Assembly: GCA_905178155.1 (NCBI GenBank)
Contig: CAJINV010000004.1
Span: 11,081,655 to 11,145,654 of the forward strand
Reading direction: 5' to 3'
Length of the DNA: 64,000 bases
Origin: Amoebophrya sp. A120
Taxonomy: Eukaryota > Protista > Dinoflagellata
The notes below the pieces were generated by a model, which saw only the letters and a list, made by a program, of their open reading frames with translations, made no database searches and had not been told where the DNA came from. This document shows positions 24,520 through 36,090 of the stretch, one piece after another (the stretch's first letter is position 1; every line of letters starts with the position of its first letter). The position numbers and the translations under genes are program-made.

Positions 24520-25779
24520 CTTCTTTTGTTTTCGGGATAAGCAGAAATGAAAAAGTAGTAAGAAAGTATGGAGAAGATACGATACACAACTCGAAATTTC
24601 AAGCAAGACACAGAATCTATCTTGCCGTTGCGGCAGATCGGGACGTCCTTGTCAATGATTCCCAGCTATAATCGTGGTGTTTGTTGCAAGAACTGGCTCA
24701 CATAAGATCATCTCTGTGGTCATTTTTCATTTAGCTGCAACAATCTGAGTTGTGATAACCAGCACGATCTACTGCTCCAAGACTACATTGCCTTTCTTGG
24801 CTTCATGCGCACGCGGCAAAAACAAGTTACTCTTTTTTACTTCAAGAACTTACGGATCTATGCAATGGGAAGCGGAAACGAAGCGTAAGGAAAATGAAAA
24901 GTGGAAATCAAAAAAAATAAAATAGAAAGTGATCCGAATTTTGCTGCGGAACCCCAGAAAGACGCACTGCTTTTCGCGGGCTCGTCCGTTTTGGAGGACG
25001 ACCAAATCGCGTCTGTAGTAACCACTGCCTCGCGCTTTTTTCGCGTATCATAGTTTTTCATAGTCATGGATACCGTCGCCGCGTCGTCGCTCTTTACGCG
25101 TGTTCTGTTGATATCAGCTTTATTACCTTGAGGCAATAATTTTGCAAGGGACCAAGACGAGGACCTACTAATACAAGTATTCATGGTTCTGGCTCCTGCG
25201 CCTCTCTCTTACTAGTTTTCTAATTTTTTTCTATTGAGCCACTAGCAGTTTGTCGCCGCTGGTTGTGCGTTCAGTGTTATTAATTTCAGCACTCGCACTT
25301 GTGATTGTCTTTGAGGGGGGAAACCAAAACCCAAAAGTTAAATGGCTCTGTAATTATTTTCAATAGAGTACGTCTGGAATACTTTCGGAGGGAATGGATA
25401 TTCATATTGACACTTTGAACCTGAAGCAAAATAAGCCTGGCATCAAGTCTCAAGAAGTTCGAAACCACTTTTTTGTACATTTTGTTTTTGATTTCGTCTG
25501 CGTCTGTCATAATGCGCTTTCTCCATATACAGAGTTCGTGCGTTGTAAGGGTATCAAGTTTCTAACCATCGGCGCCGTGAACTTCATCGCAATTCATCGC
25601 AAGAATTTATTTGGTAACCTGCTCGTTATCGTGTGTCGTAATCGTTTTCAAGAATTTTACAAATCACTCAAACCCGCTACTTTATTGTATATTTTTTTTT
25701 GCTGCTCAACAGCACCAACCCCTAGTACGTCGTCTTTGTAAATAGAATGAAACCCCTCTTATAAATGAATTTATCAATA

Positions 25780-28580
25780 CTAGTTCGCCGGACGGCAAAC
25801 GCTGTTTTTTGCATCCGCTTTTTCGGCGGCCTTGATTGCGTGCTTGGGCATCGGCTTGAGCACTTTGAAGGAACACATCAGCGTCTCGTCAACCTTCATC
25901 ATGGCTGCCGCGTTGTCGATATGGATCTGTCAGGATTGAAATCGTCAAAGTTGAAAGATTTGCCATGCATAAAAATGGATGAAAGTTGCGGCCCAGTTTC
26001 CGAGCGGCGCATGACAAATTTGGGTAGAGCCGACATCCAGTTTGTCATGCTGTTTGGGTAAGGAAGACGCCTGCTGTCATGCTACTTTAGCAGCTCAGTT
26101 TCTACCCCTCAACAGGCTTACAATCTGCCTCACTTGCCTACTCTGAAAGACAGGCACTCTGAGGGCTGCACTTTATGCATGACAAACTATTTCAACTTTG
26201 ACGATTTCAAACCTGACGCTTCCATAGTCGAATTCGTCGCAGTAATTCGGTGCGGAAAACAGCGTGATCAGTTATCAAATGTAAAAATGTCTGGGTCTGG
26301 AAATTTGTGATGCTAAAATGTGACTCCTGGGCGCACTGCAATACGAAGCCAAGCATGACAAGTTTTTGAGCTGCTCTTGTGTTTCATTTTCCGCATGGCA
26401 AATTGCGTTTCTGCATAACAGACAAGAGGCCCTTTTCGTGCTCCTGCATCACAGATTTATGAGTCATGCCAGACAAGCATAACAAACTTGCATTCTTCCA
26501 GACCCAGACATTTTTACATTTGATATCAGTTGCCGTTTCGCAAAAAACTCGTAACCATCCTCAACCACTTGGTGTGCACGGCAAATCAAATCCAATTCGT
26601 GCTTCCGGACAAAGGCCTGCACCACGTCCGGTCCAAAAATGTAACTAACCCCTCGGTCGTTTTCGGCGAAGCCGGAAATAGTCGTGTCCGGATCCGCCCA
26701 CAGCAGGTCGCACAGCACGCCCTGGTCCGGGACGTCCGTGGGTCGGACAAAGTTCTTCAAGTCGTCCAAAGAGTGGATGTGGGGAGAAAGTTATGCAAGA
26801 AAAAAACTGTGTAAGTGTAACTCTGTAATGCAGAACAGGCAACAGAGTTACACCTGTCATGCCAGACAGCCATGATCTCCTCTCTTCATGTGTATTTTCC
26901 CTTACAAGCAACGCATGACAAGGTTTCTCTGTCATGTAGAGCAAATTTGTGATGCCGTCAGCCAAAGAAAGTTACACTAACACGGTTTTTTTCTTGGATA
27001 AAAGTCCTCCGTGAATGCAGAGAATCTTCTCGTCTATCACCGCCGCCATCGGTAAACAGTTGAACATGTCGCAAAAATGTTTCCACAGCTTCACGTTGTA
27101 GCGCCGCTTATGGACGAGGGGAACGAATTCTTTTACCGTACACACAACCAACCATCGTATCAAATCATTCTGGCGAGTAAATTGCAAACAACTGGGAATA
27201 AAGTATAGACGATGATATCAAAAGAGTATCTTATCACGTTCATGATGCAGTGAGTAACATGTTCATCATCATGATGTGTAGATGCTTGTAAGTACTTGTC
27301 CGGTAAAAAATTCCCCCAGCGTATCGCTTGCAGTCGTCGTAGAACCCGTAGATCCTGGTAATCCCCGCGCACTCGTGGTTTCCACGGAGCGTAAAGAAAT
27401 TCTCGCTGTACTTCAACTTGTAGCACATCAGGAGCAGCATCACTTCAATCGACTGCCTCCCACGGTCGACGTAGTCTCCGAGGCAGAGGTAGTTGCACTC
27501 CGGTGGATATTATGCACTGCAAAAGTATCGCACTCGTATACAGCGTGCATTACAAATTTCCTCAGCATGAGAAATAAAATTTGTAATGCTGATTTACCTT
27601 ATCATCATCTAACTGCACTGGGCGAAAAAGATTTGTAATGCATGACTACAATACGAATATGATACTTTTGCAGAAGGTAGATATCCTCCGGTGTCGAAGA
27701 AGCGGAGCAGGTCGAAGTACTGCCCGTGAATGTCGTATGGGAGCGTCAGGATTGAAATCGACAAAGTTGAAATAATTTCTCATGCATAAATTGCAAGGCA
27801 TGAAGCGCCTCTCTTGCAGGGATGGCAAGTGAGGCCGACTGTCAGCCTGTTTGGGGTCTGCGTCTGCGATACGATAGAGCTGCTGAAGTAGCATGACAAA
27901 AGTCGCCTTCTGTCCCTAAACAGCATGACAAGCTGGATTTAGAGGGTGCGGAAATTTGTCATGCACCACTTGAAAATTGGGCTTCCTGCATTGCAAGTTC
28001 TTTCAACTTTGTCGATTTCAATCCTGACACTCCCATATGTCGCCCAGAATGTTCAGTGGCGCCTCCAACTCCAGGAAAACGGGCTGGGCGAGGAGCACCA
28101 ACCGCGTGGCGTTCAGCATATGGGATTCTCAAGCGTTACAATCTCAACTGTTACATGAATTTGTCATGCCAAACCGACCGAAACCACAAACGCAACCCAT
28201 AGGGCACCTTTCCGCAGATGGTCAGGCCACCGGGTCGCATGCAAAATTACAATCAGAATTGACACGATCACGCTGCTTCGCATGACAAATTCTCGAAGAG
28301 CCAAACAGGCTTAGAATCTGCGCCGAATCTGTCATGCAATACGCGCAAGGCCGCCCCTTTGGCTTTTAGTTTTGCCGTTCTTGCATCGATAAAAATCCAT
28401 GTAACAGTTGAGGATGTAACGTTTGAGAACGCCATACAGCAGCTTCTTGATCTCGGATTCCGTCAGAATCACGCTCGCAATGTTCTGCCGCGCCTGGTAC
28501 TTGCTCTTGGTATTGCGGACCTCAAGCAGGGTCGTGATATGCTTGTCCAGCTCCTCATCCGTTATGTTCTGGCCCTCCAT
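25780..28580 (-). CDS. PP1: Serine/threonine protein phosphatase PP1 catalytic subunit (8 exons, 7 non-canonical introns)
   Basis: Reconstructed motifs [77 protein letters not shown]. Confidence 0.95.
25920..26226. mobile_element. TIR introner, family B (307 bp), TSD GTCGA
   Basis: TATGGATCTGTCAGGATTGAAATCG...CGATTTCAAACCTGACGCTTCCATA. GTCGA at 25915-25919 and 26227-26231. Join EFD|NAAAMM. Confidence 0.93.
26273..26525. mobile_element. TIR introner, family D (253 bp), TSD TCAGT
   Basis: TIR TATCAAATGTAAAAATGTCTGGGTCTGGAA. TCAGT at 26268-26272 and 26526-26530. Join RQL|ITLFSAPNY. Confidence 0.93.
26792..27000. mobile_element. TIR introner (209 bp), TSD AAAGT
   Basis: TATGCAAGAAAAAAACTGTGTAAGTGTAACT / AGTTACACTAACACGGTTTTTTTCTTGGATA. 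AAAGT at 26787-26791 and 27001-27005. Join HGGL|SP. Confidence 0.93.
27109..27323. mobile_element. Decayed TIR introner (215 bp), TSD CCGCT/TCGCT
   Basis: TATGGACGAGGGGAA..TTTTACCG / CGGTAAAAAATTCCCCCAGCGTA. One TSD mismatch. Join CKR|RYNVKLW. Confidence 0.8.
27511..27679. mobile_element. TIR introner, family A (169 bp), TSD GATAT
   Basis: TATGCACTGCAAAAGTATC...GATACTTTTGCAGAAGGTA. GATAT at 27506-27510 and 27680-27684. Join GGY|PPECNYL. Confidence 0.92.
27736..28037. mobile_element. TIR introner, family B (302 bp), TSD TGTCG
   Basis: TATGGGAGCGTCAGGATTGAAATCGACAAAGTTGAAA / TTTCAACTTTGTCGATTTCAATCCTGACACTCCCATA. TGTCG at 27731-27735 and 28038-28042. Splits GD|IHG. Confidence 0.93.
28119..28436. 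mobile_element. TIR introner, family C (318 bp), TSD CAGCA
   Basis: TATGGGATTCTCAAGCGTTACAATCTCAACTGTTACATG / CATGTAACAGTTGAGGATGTAACGTTTGAGAACGCCATA. CAGCA at 28114-28118 and 28437-28441. Join KKLL|[11 protein letters not shown]. Confidence 0.92.
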
Positions 28581-31018
28581 AGTGTTGGCTATGGAGGAGG
28601 GAAACAAAGATTTGATCTTATTCATGAAACACGAACAAAACCCTAGGTTGATTGTTGTAATTAGAGGAAATTCAAATTCAATCGAACGAGAAGAACAACA
28701 TGCTCATGATGTCGAACAACAACCTGATTCGTGATCACATACTTTCATTTTCACTCGCTGCAAAGTAAAAAAATCAGTGGCTCGCTGGAAGTCTTGCTTT
28801 TGCTCTGCGGCAACGGACGTTGTTAGCTTCATCCTGCTGGTCGCGTTTTTTTCTTTCAAAAACGGATGAAGACGAAGACCCGCTGCTGCTGCTCTATTAC
28901 TGCAATTATGTGCCAGTGCAGCTACTTTAAAATCTAATCATTTTCTATTACTTTCAGTCCCAGTCACAACCACAAGCAACAATTCGAACTCGAACGCGTA
29001 TCTTCAAAAGTCAGCGACCAGTTCAAGGTAAGGGAACAACACTCTCGTCACACGTCAACCTCACATGTCCTCGACTCACAATACTTACAACAGCACTCCT
29101 CGTACCAGGAGGTGTGGTGTGTGAACAAAAAAAGACCCAAGGCCTCCCTCTTCGCTTGTATTTTTCGCGATTGGATTTCTAGTTTATCAAATTCTCTTCC
29201 TTCTCAATCTCATCATGCGTAGGTATAAATGCGTTGTTCGACCGTTGGTCGTAGCAATGATGCATCGATCAGCGTCATTCGATCTCGATGTCACCATGGG
29301 ATGCTTGGACCAAGCAAGCACCAAGCAGCTTGGTGCTTGCTTTCTAAAAGTAAAACATCATTATGCGTCATGAAAAATAATAAATGCAGCAGCGTCAAAG
29401 AATTCAATTCAAGTGAGCGGTGGGGCGGCACGAAAATTTCGATCATGGGAGAAGTAGAAGGTCAGCCATACTATCGCAGCGAATCGACAATACAGCACAA
29501 CTACAAGAACAAATTTCAAAAACGTCGTCCGGTGCAAACCTATTGAGCAGCAAACTATTAGGCTCTACTCACTATAAGGGAAAAAATAGCGGACAGAGTT
29601 TGGAGTAGAGGTATTTTCAGCCGGGAGCAGGAAGTAAATGTTGAAAGATTTCTCGTCGAAAACTCTAACTCGTCGCGGCGCAGTGACATGCTTTACCCGA
29701 TTTTTTCTTTGACGACTTTAAACAAAAACGACTACATTCAGAGATCAACATTGTCAAAATAGTGGCGGATGAAAAGTAGTAGAAGTCGTGTGCCAAAATA
29801 AAGTGACGAGAATTCAATACAACGTGTGCCCATTTAGCGCACCCCGCTGCACTGCTTTCCGTTCTTCTGGCAGCGCTTCTTTTCATCGACTTTTGGTAAC
29901 AATTTGTATTTGACGTGTGTTGTAGTCAGGTTTTCTGTTTCCTTTGATGTCTTCGTACAAGTTTAGTTATCTTCTCGACAAACTCATAATCGCTAATTTG
30001 CTATATCCTGTTTTTGCTTGTCATCATCATGCAAGGGCAGTTTAGAATTTCAGTGTCGAATTACAGCAAAGTTGTGACCAAATTTTTCTCACTGCACGTT
30101 CAAACTTCTCAAGTGGTGCGTGAGTGGCGATTGCGATTGCAATGGTCGAAAAAAAAAATATTAATAAAGGAATGCGAATTCATACACCAAACCGATGGTC
30201 TTCACACCGGTGCCCGGCCATTGAGTACAGGCACTGGTATTGGAATCGGTATGGCAGAATGCACCTCCTACTGCAATCATTCAGTTCATACATGTAAAAA
30301 AATGCAAAAAAGTAAATTTCAAAGAAGATCCACGAGCAGGACGAGTAAGAAGCAGACGGCTATTTGCACGAGCGCGATGAAGAAGTGCGGCAGGAGGCGG
30401 GTTCTTCCAGAAACCTGGATAACGATATCGGTAAACGGTTTTACATACATAGGTAGCTACGGGCCACTTTAATGTGACAGAAAACTCCATTTGTTCGGTA
30501 AAGCCACAGCGTCGTACTTGACGGGATTGATAGTGCGCTGGTCTCTCGTCACGTAACGTGGGAATCCGTAGTGGTCGAGCAGTCGCGATCGTGGTAGCAC
30601 GGTGTTCCTTTATTTACGGCCAAAACCAATTTACACGTAGAAGTGAAGGCGGCGGAAAGGCAAAGAAACAAGAAGATGCAACGGATGATGCTGATGCAAT
30701 CGTGTCGCTGCTGCTGAAAGGAATCGAAACAAAGTTGCAGTACAGAGAGGCACGGTCCGCAAAGAAAGTGGTATTCAGCAATTTGGTGCTGCGCAACAAA
30801 AAGCAAGGTATTCCTCTTGGTCTGATGAAGAAGTAATATTGTTCATCGGTCTGAGGGCGACAAAACTGTTTCGTGGTGCAGTGTTCAGGCCCGTCGGTAG
30901 TTGAGTCTTCACGCAGTCGCAGTCTCCGGTCTTGATCTTCATCATTAAGTGTAGGCACTGGTGTTCATCTTGTCCGACATGTCGACACTGCTGTATGATC
31001 AACATCAAGCTCTGTAGT

Positions 31019-34000
31019 TTAGCAAGGCGACGCAGCAGTGCTGGTGTTCGATGTGGAGACGTCCCCGGCTCCCTGCTGCGGCGTTTTTCCACTGGTGTCA
31101 TCGTCTTCAAAATCGTCCGCACTGTTCTCCTCCACCACGGGCGAGCATGTGTTCCGGGACCAGGACCGGCGATTGCTGTAGCGCGAGGTGTAGGAACGAG
31201 AAGAGCTACCGATGCGGTTGCTTTGGTTTTGGTTTTGCCCAGAACTGTTGCGCGTCGGGGTCGACACTGCGCACTGGTTATTTGAAATTGATGCTCCTGT
31301 CGACGCAAGAAGCTGCTGCATCACGTCGCAGCTCGTGCTGGTTACATTGCCGTGCTCGTCCTCTCCGTCATTATCCAGCGGACTGTCATCTTCTTGCTGC
31401 ACGAACTGGCTTAATTGTGGGTGTAAAGCCACCACTTCCTTCGTCCAATCCCGCAACGCGCGGCGCCAGACCTCACAGAGAAATTTCCACTTCCGGCGAG
31501 GCATCGTGGCGCTCGGATCGGGGCAAGCGGTCTTCGTAATGTCCACAGAGGTCACGGAAAGGCCCTGCGAGGATAAAAGGTCGTTTTCAAAAGATAAAGC
31601 AATCTGGTACAGGTATTAGAAAACATAAACAAGTGCATTACTAGTGTTTTAATGATTTGTGCACGTGACAGAACAAAAACATTTAGCGTGCTTCCCCATG
31701 TGAAAGATGCGCACCATCACGTAGCAAATATACCCGTGCTTCGGCCTGCGTCTTGACCTCGACAAACTCGCGGTAGGGACGGAAGCCTTTGAGTTTCTCC
31801 ACCTCTTCTTATGAGAGTGCACAACTCCCTCTCCCCCTCATCTGAAGGGCATAAGCAGCAACACAAGTGCTGGCATAACTTATGCCCTAATTTGTAATGC
31901 AAAAGCTGCGTTTACTTATGCCGCATAAGTAAACGCAGCTTTTGCATTACAAATTCACGACCGATTCTAGTTCTGTTTCGGCTTCCGAAGCCTGTCATGC
32001 AAGAAGTGCCAAAGACAAGAATACGGGTGCATATGGATTTGGTATTTTGCATGATGAATGAGGTTGAGTGCGAGGGTGAGCTGTGCATTGTCATAGTTCT
32101 TCCCGTCGCTGCACCACTTCCTCGCCTTCCTTTGGAGCGCGCTGTTGGGCTGTGGTGATTAATTTGTCTTCGTGTGTCATGCGATTACACAAAAAAAAAC
32201 AAAAACGCGCAAGTATTTCTGCTGAATAAAGTGCTGCTCGTGCACCATCGACTCCATTGCTCGGCGACCGGACCAGACAAAAGAACAGCTCACAAATTAC
32301 AACATCGACATCCACCAGAATGAAACTTTTGCAAGTACGTTTCCGGACGGTCGGCTGGCTGTTGTAGCCACCAGAGGCGTTGGCGCCCGAAGACTGCGGA
32401 ATGCCGGGGTTCGAACCTCCAAAGTGATACCACCCACGATAGTCGTAGCTGTTGTTGTACAGTGAAAATTTACAACAATAAAGATAAACTACATTGCTTT
32501 CGATTTGACTTTGAGAACTTCTCGCACTGAAGCTTTTTTTTGCTCAAGGAATCTTGTTGATGCGACATCGAGGAACTGAGAACCAACGAGCAAGTACTTC
32601 GCCCGGCGGTCCGATCTGCCACGACTCCCAATTGGGGGCCGGCTGGACGTGTACGGGAAGGGCTTGGCTGACCTTGCAGGCGTCCGAGGTGCTGCCCAGT
32701 GGCCGCTCGTCGTGTGGTCAGCAGCGTTGTTCTGCCTTGGGCCACGCGTGCTTGTCGTCCGTACGGACCCGTTGGTGATTCGGGTGGTGCTAGGGTGGAG
32801 CGCTGCTCGGTCGACATCCAGCTGGTCGTCCATGACAGGAGAACTCCCTGGCTCCTGCAGCTCCGAGTTCGCGGCAGCGGCTTCTCGTGCAACATTTGCC
32901 GGCGATGAAGTAGCAATCGACAGGTCGTGGTCTTGTTCTTGCCCTGGATTTAGCCCCTTTCCGCCCCCGCGTAGCCCCTGCAGCGCGAACCGTTTGCCCT
33001 TGCCTTTGCCGACGCGTCGGCCCTTCAAAAATCCGGCGGCGAAGCTGCTGTAGTCCAGTCCATTCGGCGTTGGGGTACTTGGGGCGCCCATCTGCGTTGT
33101 TTCATCATCATCAAGTTCAAAATCAAGTGTCTTATTTGTGGTGGGAATCATGCGAATAAATCTGACCTGTCAACAACTGAAGTGGTTGAAATGTAGTTAC
33201 AGCTTCCGCTTCGTCCGTAAACATGATGCATGGCAAGGGCACGGCAACGTAGTTGTCCTTTGAAATTGAAATCATTCATCAAGAAAAAAATGCCATCACT
33301 TTCTCGTACCTGGGTGTAACCTTGGTAGCCGCCGCCCATGGGGTTGTACTGCTGCGGAGCGTACATGGGTTGATACATCATTCCGGAGCTGCCACTCGGC
33401 ACAGCGGATGGCGTAGAAGCGGAGCTTGTGGAGTACCTGAGAGAACGTTGTGTCACCAACATCACGCCCACGCAAGAATTAATACGCAACTAATGGATAA
33501 AATCGAACTAAGTACTACATGTAGAACATACTCAAAAGCATTCGCCGAGCAGGCAGGTCAGGCGCACCATCAAACAGCACATGGCTCTAATTTGAGCGTT
33601 ATAGAATTGGGCGTTACATCAGTATGACCAGAATTGGGTTGTGTTCCAAGAAGTACTCGATATAAATCCTGGAGTTTATTTACCACTGCCCCTGTTGCGC
33701 CGCCAGCGGGTTCGCGAACAAGTAGTGTTGCGGGGCGGCGGCGGCGGGCGTTGCTCCGGTCGATGTGGTCGTTGTTGTACCACTCATGCTGGAGGACGCC
33801 TGCTTTTTCCGCGGTTTGGTCAGACGAGTAGAACCAGGTGCGTTTGGATTTGCGTTGTTCCGAGTTGTACTTGTTCGGACTCCTCCCGATTGCTGGCCAG
33901 AAGTAGACGCCTGCTGCGGCCCCCCGACCACTTCCGCTTGGTAGGCTCGCACCTGACGGATACGATAGGAATGCACAGTGAGAAGTACTTCTGACATTAC

Positions 34001-36090
34001 ATGTTGCTGTGCCACGAAAAAGCACAGGTTCTTCGTGGAGAGCAAGAGCATCGATTCAATTGCACCTACTGCAAGGACAAGGTAAAAAAGCACGACATAC
34101 ATCAGAATGTGATGGGTATAGTTACCTCCTTGTCCACCTCATCCAATATCGATGCTCCCGAGCAGCGCCTGGGTTCCGGCTCGTCTTGCATGCGACCGGC
34201 TGCGGAAGCCCGGGACGAGAGTAGCTCGTCGTGGTCACCAAGCATCAGCTCCTGCGCAGCGGGAGAGGTCTTGTACAGCATATCTCGCATGGTCGGACAC
34301 TCCGGAACCTGCACACGAGTAGCTGTTGCACTGCCGTTTCCCCCCGCAAGTAGTCCTAGTCCGCCGGAATTTTGCGGCGACTGCCCGACCGTACTGGTCG
34401 TACTCGCCGTGGGAGGCGAGGGCCGGGGCACCTCCCGTCGCGGCGGAGGGGTGGTGGCCGCAGACAATTGGGAGATGGGGCTCGGGCGCGGGGGTTTGTT
34501 TGCGATTGTCGTTTTTATCTGCTGTTGCTGAAGATTCTGGTGCTGCGCCGCTGCTGCAGTTGTACTACAACCGGTCGTAGTAGAAGCAGTCACGCTTGTC
34601 GACGTCGCACCAGCATTCTGCTTCACAACCTGCGGCTGCTGCTTCTTCGCCGCGGAAGTGTTCGACATTCCAGACGCAGTACGCACCATGATTGCGCTGT
34701 TGCGGGCGCTCTTCGGCTGCAGGTTCGTGGAGGTGGAACGGCTGCGTGCGGCTTTCAACGTTTTTTGTGACTGCGACGTGCCAAGGATCGGGAACTGCTG
34801 CGCGGCCAGGGAATTCGCTGGAACCGTCGCGGGAGCGTAGGTCGGGGCTGTAAGTGCAGTTGGGTTCGATGTCGTCGGACGGTCGTCGTGTGTTGCTATC
34901 TTTTGAACAAGCCCTAAGCCTAACAGGGCGAGGAAAATGATCAGGAGGACTACTAGCAGTTAGTAGCAAGAAGACAACTACCTCGTGGTTTTACAACCAT
35001 CTGAATGATCACATCAAGATTTTCTTCTACGTATCTATTGATACTATAGGATTTTGAGTTACTTTTTTTTGTCGTACAAACATTTCAATTGAATGTCATT
35101 GAATACTGCTCCGCGCACTGGTTAGCGGCTGGTTGAGCAGCATGTTGGACACGTATTGTGGGTCGACCAGAGCGTTCCCTTTGCTGTCGTACGACAGATT
35201 TTGCAGGGGGACAAAGACTATCAAAAGCAAATATGTCTGGGTCTGGAAGAATGGAAGTTTGTCATGCTTGTCTGACATCACTCTCAAGTCTGTCATGCAG
35301 ATTACCCAAAAGCCCTATTTTTCTCTCATGCGGAAGCTCACTTTGTCATGCAGAAAAGCCAAGACTGTAGCACCTCCAAAATTTGTCATGCTTGCCAGTC
35401 AATTGAGGCGTCCTCGTCGTTCTGAACCAGCATCACAAGTTTCCAGACCCAGACATTTTTACAGTTGATAAAGACCGGCACCACCACCCCGGGCTGCATG
35501 ATGTTCACCACCGGAATGCCCTCTTGCTCCGACGATATGCTGTGCAAAAGTATCGTACTCGTACTAATCGCATTCATGCATTACAAATCTTGCTGTCAAG
35601 GTAAATCCGCATTACAAATTTTCTTTCTCATGCTGAGGAAATTTGTCATGCACTTATACGAGTACGATACTTTTGCAATGCATAGACGAGTCCTTCTGAT
35701 CTCCTTTGTTCTTATTTCCTGGTTCTTGTGCTCCTTGTCCTTGTTCCTGCTGCTGCTTCCCTGTAGTTGCGCCGGAAGAGGTCGCGGCGCCAGTGGCCGC
35801 GATGGAGGTTTTAATATTGGTACAACTTCCAGACGAGGAAGACTGTCCAACATCCACCGCAGTAGAAGTAGCAGCAGCCGCTGCAGCTGCGTTTGCGGCG
35901 GCCATTTCCGTGGCTTTTGATTTGTCTCCCGTTGGCATTTCCAAACCGCTCACGAGCGGTGCCACATCCTTTTCGGATGGAACAAACGGCTGCATGACGG
36001 GCAGAGAAGGACGACACCTAGGTTTCCAGTTTAGTAGACCATCGATAATGATCGAAGATTCGATTGCTTCAGCGTCTTCGGCGAGCTCAT
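31019..36090 (-). CDS. Multi-exon low-complexity protein with a C-terminal histone stem-loop-binding (SLBP)-like domain
   Basis: Reconstructed QRREEQVEKLKGFRPYREFVEV...CPDPSATMPRRKWKFLCEVWRRALRDW resembles the SLBP RNA-binding domain (RRxKQI..K...Y..Y / P.P....RR.W....K.WRR.LH.W). Several upstream junctions were checked in frame. Linkage of all exons into one gene is inferred. Confidence 0.55.
31810..32095. mobile_element. TIR introner (286 bp), TSD CTTCT/GTTCT
   Basis: TATGAGAGTGCACAACTC / GAGCTGTGCATTGTCATA. Flanks at 31805-31809 and 32096-32100. Join RREE|(Q/E)VEKLK. Confidence 0.85.
35219..35470. mobile_element. TIR introner, family D (252 bp), TSD AAGAC
   Basis: TATCAAAAGCAAATATGTCTGGGTCTGGAA / TTCCAGACCCAGACATTTTTACAGTTGATA. 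AAGAC at 35214-35218 and 35471-35475. Join VPVF|VPLQ. Confidence 0.92.
35536..35684. mobile_element. TIR introner, family A (149 bp), TSD GACGA
   Basis: TATGCTGTGCAAAAGTATCGTACTCGTA / TACGAGTACGATACTTTTGCAATGCATA. GACGA at 35531-35535 and 35685-35689. Join KDSS|EQEG. Confidence 0.93.

Noticed and set aside
25780-28580. PP1, PLAA and DTWD2 as transposon-disrupted pseudogenes
   Set aside because: Joined exons have no stops or frameshifts and keep catalytic motifs, even around old, decayed insertions.
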